Shown here: piece after piece, positions 54,111 through 64,000 of the stretch
Position numbering within the stretch: position 1 is the stretch's first letter
Layout: each line of letters begins with the position of its first letter
NCBI RefSeq assembly: GCF_006345805.1
Contig: NC_043004.1
Span: 66,154,001 to 66,218,000 of the forward strand
Reading direction: 5' to 3'
Length of the DNA stretch: 64,000 nt
Origin: Octopus sinensis
Taxonomy: Eukaryota
The notes under the pieces: generated by a model
Told to the model about the DNA's origin: nothing
What the model saw: the letters and a program-made list of their open reading frames with translations, nothing else
Databases searched by the model: none
Made by a program: the position numbers and the translations under genes

Positions 54111-55836
54111 GTATCTTCATACAGTTTATCAGTAACCGAAAATTATAATCATTATTGCGTCACAGTACATACGTTTTCACAGTATATTCTCTACTTCTAT
54201 TTCCCAGTCAAACTGACATTCTCTTCCTCCTTTCACTGGGTAAGCTCAACATTTGTGAAGAATCGGCGAGGATGTTCATCGAACATATTCTCCACAGAAA
54301 TGTGTAGAATATGTCGGATTTGAAATATCTTTGTTAAGAGGGTGATGGCGGCGAGCTGGCAGACTCATTAGATCGCCGGCAACTGACGGTCCTTTACGGC
54401 CTATATTCAAAAACTGTTATCGTTAAATTTGCATCTCATCCATACGAAATCAATAAAATAAAGTATTGCTCAAGTGCTGCTTTCGATGGTTTGACTAATT
54501 GTCTCCCCTGCATAACTGTTGACTTTGTGCGTGAATCATAAACTATTAATTATTACTACATGGATCGGGATGGTGCTCTGGCAGAACCGTTAGACTGTCG
54601 GACAAAATGCATTGTTTTAGATTCGTGTCCTTTGTAAGTTCCAACTGTGCTTACGCTCTCGAGAATGAAAGTCGGAATAGCAGTATCATATTCGTGTAAT
54701 ATCTATTTCCTCCCGCTAATAATATTAAAAATTATTTTTACCAAGAGAGTGAGAGATTATAAAACTTTGGTTAACTGCTTGCCATCATATTGTTTGATGG
54801 TTTAGTCGAGAGAAATTGATTGTATTACATATGCATGCATTTGATTTGCACTTTATAATAAAAGTTCACGTCACTTTAACATTTAATAACATTGTAAAAC
54901 ACATGCAAAATATAACAAATCAGCACCGGTCTTGTCCTACAGATTCTGACCTTTTTCTAATGCGAGAAATTATTATTAAGGCAATGTTAATATGATAAAA
55001 AGTGTAAAAACGTCGCTTCCTATGCTTAATGGCAAATATTTTTTCCTGCATGTGGTTTTATTTCGATTCATGCTGGGATCAATAAATTAAAACTATTCAT
55101 TTACTGCTGTCTATATAATCGATTATATTTCTCCATACAGTAAATTAATCTCCCGTTTAATCAAAAGAAATCATTATTACTGCAATAAAACACACCATAG
55201 GAATTTACATAACACCATTTACAATTGAAACAAAGACGTCTATCTATCTAAAGTCGGAAAATAAAAGGTGTTAATGTTCATGTATTTGCCAAATGCATTT
55301 GTATTTTAAGTGATGATAAATCCCGTCAGTGTAGTCGTGTAGTGAGAATGTCTGCTCCATAATTACGAGTTCCGTGTTCGTTCTCACTGCGTGATGTCCT
55401 AGGAAGTCCTATTCTCCAATAGTTTCGGATTTGTCAACGTAATCTACTAGAGAGCATTTATAGTAAAGAAATGTAGTGATTCCATTCTTAGACATATATA
55501 AACCACTTGTAGAGGGCCTGAAATTTTGTGGGAACGGGAATGTCGATTTCATTGAACTCAGTGATTAACGGATACTTATTTCAACGACCCGTAGTATGAA
55601 GTGCAAAGTCGAACGTGGTGGGATTGAAACCTTGTTTTTAAAGACGGTAGAAATGCTGCAAAGCAGTTTGTCCAGCGTGCTAACGGTTTAACCATCTCAC
55701 TGCTTACATTCACGCATGCATTCATGTATACATGAATGCATATATACATACATACGTACACAGAGTCATATATATATATATACATTTATGTAAGTATCTA
55801 TATATCTGTCTATCTATCTATCTATCTATCTATCTG

Positions 55837-55899
<63 letters not shown>

Positions 55900-55984
55900 A
55901 TCTATCTATCTATCTTTCTATCTATCTATCTATCTATCTATCTATATGTCCGTCTGTTTGTGTGTAGGGTCAAGAGGCCCGCTA

Positions 55985-56665
55985 TGAAAACTCATGGTTT
56001 TAGGTTCCTTCCAGTGTTCGACACGCGGACAAGTGCCTTCAACTATTATGCCGAACGGTCTACTACTTGTGAGTGAATATGGTAGACGAGACTTGTGTAG
56101 AAGCCATTTTGGGTACATACAGACACACGTGCGTACAAAAACGTATACACAGACACACACACACGCACATATATACGATGGGATTTTTCCAGTTTCTGTG
56201 TACAAAATCCACTCACAAGGCTTTGGTCGGCCCGAGGCTATCCCAGACTACACTCGCCTAAGCTTCCACGCCGTGGGACTGCACCCAGAACCATGTGATT
56301 TGTAAGCAAGCTACTTAGCACACAGCCCTTCCTGCACAAGATAAGTGCAGTATTCTTTTATTCTTGTATTCTGTTACTTGTTTCAGCCATTTGACTGCGG
56401 CTATGCTGGAGCACCGACATTACATGGTGTTTTTTTGTAAAAGAAATCGACCCCGGGACATATTCCTTGTAAGCCTAGTAGGTTATTCTATCGAGCTCCG
56501 TTGCAGAAGCACTAAGTTATGGAGACGCACACTCACCAACATTGGTTGTCAAGCGATGAAGAGGGGACAGACACAGACTCACACACACTCATACACTCAC
56601 ACTTACATACACGCACACACAAATATAAATGCAAATATACATACATACATATATATATATATAAT

Positions 56666-56716
<51 letters not shown>

Positions 56717-56893
56717 GAAAGGCTTCTTCATTTACCGTCTACCAAGTCCACTCTGAAGGATTTGGTCGGCCCAAAGTTATATTAGAAGATACTTGCCCCA
56801 GGTGGTGCACAGTAGGAGTGAACGCACAATCATGTGGTTGGGAATCATGCTTCTTACTACACATATTGTGTACATATTAGCGGCACTTTTTCA
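55985..56893. mobile_element. Cluster of family A SINEs: + head (55985-56110), - head (56172-56335), - composite (56355-56860)
   Basis: Matches to the head and tail of 53695-54110 in both orientations. Confidence 0.78.
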
Positions 56894-59199
56894 GTAAGAA
56901 ATATATTGTACTAATTAATTTTCTATTAGTTTTCCACCGACAAATGAATAAAAATGCATCTTCCCACCACACTCGCAGCTCTAAATGTAGAACCAGCGAT
57001 TATCCCGTTGAATATCTGCTATCGATGACGTAATAATTCACAAAATATAAGAGTTTTAATGTATAAACAAATAAACGTATTACACTATTTTATTGAATTA
57101 CTTTTGCAGTCACGAAATCTGGCAGAGCTTATCATTGCGTGACTCTAATCGCATTAATAATAGTTAGACGTTCCACAAAGTTTGCAAATTGTTATACATT
57201 CAAATCTGTTTAATATCTTACCGACATTCAGATTAATCTTCCTAATATTCTTCGAGTTTCTAAACAATTAAAGTGTGTTTTGTAAGTGATATTCCTTTCG
57301 AGACATGTATAATAGTTTGAGAGAGTTTTGCCTGAAGTTAAATATGAAAGCCATTCTTATACACAATCTCTTTGTGTAATCAGATCCTTAAGATGAATTA
57401 TTATTTTGACAGCCTGTAAATTATTAATCCTATTTATATATGCGGAACCATGTGAAATACACGTACGCAGCAAGACAATCACAACGTTAATTTTCTCTCT
57501 GTGGTTGCGAAATCACTGAATATACCAAGGAATTATCTATGACTTGTTATTGATGAACGGAAAGATGCTTCGAGGAAAATCATTTTATTATCCATGCTAT
57601 ATTGTTGAATCACCTTAATGAAATACCGTTGTTAATAAGGATTTACTTCGTTCTTAATTATTTCATATTAATCAGGAAAATGAGTAAATGAATTGTTACA
57701 AATTGTGATTGTACGAATCGTAGGATACATATAGAATATAGATCGTGTTTAAATGATACATATCTGATCAAACTACTTTCCTCAAGGTTTAGCAAATTTC
57801 TCCACATTTACAATTGAAAGTAACCGACATGTTATGAGAGAAACATGTTAAACTGTCATGCCCTAATTCATCCATTCTAACGTTGTAGAATTAAATGTCT
57901 ACCAGTCAAATAATTCTAGGACATATTTTCAAACATAAATAAAGTAGAAATGTTTCGGCTGCCTACCCTGCATTTCCACTTGTCGTTGACTCACAGCTTG
58001 ACAATCTCACACATCAAGCCACACCATTGTCACAACTAGAAAAGCTCTATTCTTTGTAGTTGAAATTATCTATGCAGTTATAACTACCGGAATTTATAAA
58101 TATCTTTAGTAGTCATAACTGTCCAATTTTGTAAATGTGGCTCTGTACAAATTGATACTATTTACGGTTCAGTTATTGCCTTTACATAATTACTTATGCT
58201 AGTAAGTCTTTGCACGTTCTTCTGTTATAGTCCTTGTGAAATGAAGGTTTAAATATCGGGAGAATTAGATAAATTAAAAGATATACTTTACACCCATGCA
58301 AACTTGATTCAATAAAAAGCCCTGACAACAATGTATGGTTTTGGATATTAAATCAAACTTCTAGAATTACTCATGTAGATGCATAGTGAATTCTTTTATA
58401 TATCCATGATTCATTTAATATATTCATTTATAACAAGGTGTTAAATTTAATGAGCTTCGAAAGATATAAATGTAATCAGCTGGTAACATACTAACGTTTG
58501 GGCTCACACTGGAGTGGTTGACACATAAAAGTTAGTGTCGAATGAACAACAGATGATATACAGGCAAGATAATAATCGACATGATCTCATAATTATTATT
58601 GTTTCCGTCAGTTGCAAATTTGACTAAAAGTATTAAAGAATATTCTGCATTATAAAGCTCGTCAATATTCACGTCACAAATATTGACTGATATGTAAATA
58701 TGATTTTGTGAAATAAAAAATGCCCGTTAAATTTATGATCTGATTGTAATATTTATAACCAATATTTAAAGTCAGATGAATCGATTTTGTAAATCTTACT
58801 GTCATTAAATTGCAATGCCAATGGTACTGTACAAACGGACAGTGCAACAATTTATGAATTTTGCCTGCTTTATTATCATCGAGTTTAGCTGCAGCAGTTT
58901 TAAAATTTGGGCAAATGTTTTCGGATAAATCTATAAACAGCGTTTAAATAACTGGATGTAAAGCAAAATTAAATTCACTTTCGAATGAAAGAATTTTGTG
59001 CTACTCGTTTTGTTTCCCTAAAAAGAGATCAGTCATGCTACATATTCGAGTATAAAAGTTTGTTGCCAAACAAACTAATCCGCGATAAAACCTTGTCAGA
59101 TCATCGAATTTTCAAAGTATGAAGTTAATAATTTCATACTGAATTCAAATCCTGTATATGTATATATATCGAAAACATACACATACACATACATACGTA

Positions 59200-60200
59200 C
59201 GTATCTTCTATTTTTTAAATCATTATAAATCTCCCATTGAAAAGGGGCCGGTTTCCAACAAAGATTCGCGGCTCAATCTTTGGGATGTAGTTAACACAGA
59301 TAAATACCCATTTGGGACTTGAGAAAAGTATTGCAGATTGTTACTGTTCCACTCATAGATGGCAACTGTAATGTACGAATTAGCCAATTTCTCTTTCTGA
59401 ATATCTCAGTTCTACTTTAAGCATTCACTAACAAAACCTAGTGATCTAATTATTATTGGTATGGATATGAATTCATAGTCTAGATATAGAAGCTGGAGGT
59501 TTCGAAGCAGATGTTCATACATATCCTTATTTCCCTTGATTTTCAAAGAGACACTTCTATCTGCAGGGCAGCTGACCTCTATGATGTTGCATACCTTTAC
59601 CCCTCTGTCCCAAACAATAATATCCGGCCTGTTACGTTTACATTTGACTGAAATTTTGATGAGAATAATCCACCTGTATTTCTAGAGTTGGTGTTTATGG
59701 AAGGATTTTCTAAGTTTGGTTCAGGACAGACTTTTTGAGGATGACATTGTAAATTGCTTTAGCGGCAACATCGTGTCGCATATGGAGGTAGTACCGTGAC
59801 GTCATTTTAGGGCAAATGTTGATCACATACATGATGTCTTCCAGAGAAACAGGACATAGCCTGAACATACGGTTGCACCTTGGGATTACAAGCGCGTCAC
59901 TGTCTCTCTTGTCCACTGGGAAGTTTGTGGCAATATCCTGTTCCTGGATTGCAATCGCTTTGCCTTCAAAGTCTGATGTGATGTAGTGGTCTTGTGTCCA
60001 AGAGAGGCTGTGATTCATGTCCATTCTACTGTCTTCTTCAAGTTTGAAGGCAACATACCCATGCATAGTCTTCTTTTTATGCTGAGTGGTCTGCATCCAG
60101 GTCTTCTCTGAGGTTAGAGAGCCCAGCAGTCTTGGGGTTGCATAAGAGATCATCAGGAAGAGAGTACTCCTTGAGGAGCTCAATTCCACCGCGTATAATA
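59200..60200 (-). mobile_element. RLE-type LINE 3' fragment (family of 12875-13530)
   Basis: HGYV..SLSWT..TSDFEG.AIAIQEQDIAT..CNRMFRLC..EDI..VINICPKM..RHDVAAK, then NRPDIIVWD..IEVSCPAD. Confidence 0.85.
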
Positions 60201-60317
60201 TTCCTCACTTCTCTTTTCAGCGCTGCATTTATATATTAACTTATGCTGCTGTTGTTCAACAGGCGCTGCCTAAGTGATACCATATATATACATACATATA
60301 TGTATATATATATATAT

Positions 60318-60362
<45 letters not shown>

Positions 60363-60424
60363 GTACATATATATATGTATATATATGTATTATATATATT
60401 TATATATATATATATAATATATAT

Positions 60425-60459
<35 letters not shown>

Positions 60460-60537
60460 TTATATATATATATATCTTTATATATACACACTTATACATA
60501 TCTATACATACATATGTGTTTATATGTATGTGTATGT

Positions 60538-60624
<87 letters not shown>

Positions 60625-60627
<3 letters not shown>

Positions 60628-61850
60628 GTGTTGGGGAAAATAATGGAAACATCTAGCATCGTAATTTTGAAATATCTGTAAACCGCCAAAAGCTTGTTTA
60701 TTTTTATACTTTTTGATATATTACCATTGTTGCTTAATATGTTTTGCTAAAATTCCTGTTTCTTTTCAGATTTCATCAGAAAAAGGTAATTAAAATTAAT
60801 TAAACTTACAGATCTATCGATCTTACAAAGAGGTAACATTGTTGGTGCTCGTATGGCAGGCGCTAGCGTGACGAAAACAGCCACAATATTTGGTGTCTAA
60901 AGAAGTACTATCTCGAAAATAATGACAACCTTTTAGAAAGAGGGGAAAAAAACCAAAGAAAACCAAAACTTTCAGATAGGGACCGTCGGACTCTTAAGCG
61001 AATTGTTAGAAACGTTCACAAAAGTACAGTTCCCAGAATAATGGCAGAGTTTAATGACCACCTCGAGAACCCAGTTTCCACAAAAACTGTTCGCCGGGAG
61101 CTGTAATACCTGCATTTCACGGGAGGGTTGCAATCACAAAACCACTACTTTCAAAAGCAAACGTTGCAAAGTATTTTGAGTGGAGTAAAGACCTAGAGCA
61201 GTGGAAGGATGTTATTTTCTCGGACGAGTCATCCTTTGCCTTATTTCCAATCACCTGCCAAGTATACATGTGGAGACAGGCAAAAGAAGTATTTGATACA
61301 GGCTGCCCTCTTCCAACTGTTAAAAATGGAGGAGGACTGTGATGAGCGGTTGAGGGGCTATATCTTGGAAATCCGTTGGCCCAATGATTTCCCTTCGTGG
61401 CAGACTTAATAGTCAAGACGATTTAAGCATTTTATCTGATCAAATTCAGCATATGGTTGTAGAACTGTTTCCGGGGGGAGGGGGCAGTCTTTCAGGATGA
61501 TAATGCATCAATTCACATAGCTAAATTTGTTACTTAATGGCACGAGGAACATTCTAGTTGAACAGCGTATCTCGCCATCACAGTCTCCAGATCTCAATAT
61601 TATTGAACAGTTATGATGGATTTTAGAAAAAACATGTAAGGCACGATATCCTCCACCATCATCACTACAAGAACCGGAGACTGTTTTAGCTGAAGAATGG
61701 ACAGTAATTCTTTTGGAAAAAATTCAATGTTTGTACGAGTTCATACCTCGTAGAATTTAATTAGGAATTACTGCCAAACGCGGTCCTAATCTCTATTAAA
61801 ATACATTTGCTTGAAAGTTTAAGTTGTTTCCATTATTTTATCCAACCCCG
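60625..61850 (+). mobile_element. Decayed full-length Tc1 (DD34E-type) transposon in (TA)n
   Basis: TIRs gttggggaaaataatggaaaca / tgtttccattattttatccaac with TA flanks; transposase GASVTKTA..LSDRDRRTL..KPLLS..VIFSDES..TVKNGGG..FQDDNA..SPDLNIIE, with stops. Confidence 0.92.
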
Positions 61851-61973
61851 TATATAAATATACATATAACTATAAATATAATATATATATATACGTATAT
61901 ACTTGTCTATATACTATACATATATATATATATACATATATACACACATATATATAAATATATACACACACAC

Positions 61974-62006
<33 letters not shown>

Positions 62007-63103
62007 TATTACTATAGATATATATGGATACATATGTGTTTGTGTGTGGTGTATGTGGGTGTGTATACATATGCATATAGCCTTATCTCTCGGTGACTTA
62101 ATTTTGTAATGGAACGTTTATTCTCTGCAGCAAAAGTAAGTATATATCCTGTAAATGTAAGCTACACCACAACCTGTAATTATTATCTCCTTTAGAATAA
62201 TATTATCATTTTTTGATATGTCACCATGTACTATATCATTTAAGAAATCATTAAATAAATCAGTACGTTCCCAGCATATGCAACATAAATACTCGAAGAC
62301 AAATAAGGAAAAAATACGAAATTCCTGAAAATGTTAGATATATACGAATTTAGGTTATTTTGATGTAACTTTATTATAGGTTATATCAACTGGATTAAGA
62401 ATGTTCGGTGTAATAATGTCACTTTTGTTTTTGGCTTCGTACATTCTATCACATATTGGACTTCAACTGATGGTTATCTTCCTTCATTCGTAGAAATATA
62501 TAATTTAAATTGGCATATTATTGCAGAAAATGTTACTGCTGATTTATTTATTTACGTTTATATATTCATGTTACATTTTCACCATTTTAAAATAATATCG
62601 TACATTTCCGTTTTTACATTTCGCCGGCTAGATGCGAAGGTATATACCCCCCCCCCATTAATAATGTTTTTTTTAGTACATGCTTTCCGATCGCTTTCCG
62701 ATATAATACTATATCATTTTACTGATTCTGTTGGAATAATATGTACAGTGAAAGTGCTGTACATAGGTTCGGGATAGATATCTCAACAACTTTCATTTAT
62801 GTCGTGATAGCTTTGGAGTTTTCCAGACAGATATTTCATTTTCAATAGGACTGGTGAAACAGCGATACAACGCGGATATAGTAATAACAAAGTGTAACTA
62901 CAACAAAAAATTAACCGTTGTGAGACCATCGGTATCATTTAGCATTATGAAAGTTCTGCAGTTTTGTTGGATATAGTTCATTTGCTAGTATATTCTAATG
63001 GGAAAGTTAATTTAGATATATTTTCGCATATATATATATATATATATACACATATATATAATATATATATATATTATATATATATATATATGTGTGTGTG
63101 TGT

Positions 63104-63306
63104 GACCGCGTGTATGCCGTTGCCGATATTTTTTCCTTCGTCTTCCCTTCTCTGGATCTTTCCTTTCCCTATGTTTCTGACGAAGAGCTCCGCTCGAAAC
63201 GTTAAACACTCCTTCTTCCTTTCCTTGCTGAGCGTCCAATAATACTATATTTGTTCCACGTCCTCGCGTTGTTCTGTTTTCTTGTTGTGTTTTCATGTTT
63301 GGATTA

Positions 63307-63310
<4 letters not shown>
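63104..63310 (+). mobile_element. Solo Penelope pLTR-like insert between (TG)/(TA) tracts
   Basis: About 200 bp pyrimidine-rich unit containing the hammerhead motif; same layout (hammerhead then gagcgt) as 21888-22035. Confidence 0.55.
63172..63208 (+). ncRNA. Minimal type I hammerhead ribozyme motif, canonical core plus extra A, predicted cleavage after GUU at 63203
   Basis: Stem I tgttt/aaaca, CUGACGA, extra A, stem II gagc tcc gctc, GAAA, palindromic loopless stem III (aacgtt). Confidence 0.82.
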
Positions 63311-63347
<37 letters not shown>

Positions 63348-63562
63348 TACTTATAATATTTGTTGACAAGTCGCCAGAAAGCAATTGTAAGTTATGGAGA
63401 GAAAGCTATTATAGAAGGTTCATAGTATAATAATAACTGTATAATAATATATGATAACAATATATAATCTCGGAATTGAAACGACAATGAGTGTTCCATA
63501 GTAGCTTGCTCTCCGTAACTTACAAACCCTTTCTGGTTTGTTTACAAATATTATATGTATTA

Positions 63563-63945
63563 CTAGCAGTATCACCCGGCGTTGCTCAGGTTTGTAAGGG
63601 AAATGACTATAAAGCATTTTTAGAGAGTTATAGCCAAAAAATAGCCAAAAAATGGGAAAAAAATGATGGTAAATTTTTTTTGAGAGTTAAAAAGGTGGAG
63701 TTGTGTCCCCTAGACGGTCTGTGGTTTGGGTTTCTGATTCTCGACCCCATGCCGAATTTATCGATTTTTTTCAGAACTGGGGGAACTTTTCAAAATTTTC
63801 GCTGCGTTAGTTTTGAATTATGACATTGGGCTATGTGTGTGTCAAGTTTCATCAGAATCGGTTGAAAGCCGTGGTCAGAGTGAGGGTACGAGAAAACAGA
63901 CACACAGAAAACGCATAGACAAATTGCCGTTTATATAGAGAGAGA
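63563..63945 (-). mobile_element. Complete 383 bp non-autonomous Helitron
   Basis: Minus strand A|TCTCTCTCTATATAA start; end cctgagcaacgccggg imperfect hairpin, tgatactg, CTAG|T; no TSD. Confidence 0.85.
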
Positions 63946-64000
63946 TTAGACAGCTTAACTATATATTCATCAAATTTGACTCAAACTGATCGGTGAACAT

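Overview
AT-rich, microsatellite-dense eukaryotic non-coding DNA. The SINE heads and repeat mix resemble an Octopus/coleoid cephalopod genome (inference from recalled repeat families, not a database hit). I found no supportable host-gene exon; almost all listed ORFs are translated microsatellites. The window is mostly transposable elements: a decayed CR1-type LINE (5650-8380, -), a near-full-length Dong/R4-like RLE LINE (about 41140-45076, +) with several RLE 3' fragments in (AAT)n or (ATAC)n tracts, an RTE-like fragment, a decayed Tc1, a maT/mariner fragment, three Helitrons (two with both termini), and many tRNA-derived SINEs. The most notable unannotated signal is six minimal type I hammerhead ribozyme motifs at four loci (5095-5139/5444-5492, 8544-8584/8711-8758, 21907-21942, 63172-63208). 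The non-decayed copies have palindromic stem III and each locus has a different core variant. Two loci are inverted or partial-tandem Penelope pLTR-like (or retrozyme-like) units. Two further fold-back palindromes and a 1.5 kb tandem duplication (possibly an assembly artefact) are also present. Element boundaries were read by eye and are approximate unless a terminus is quoted.
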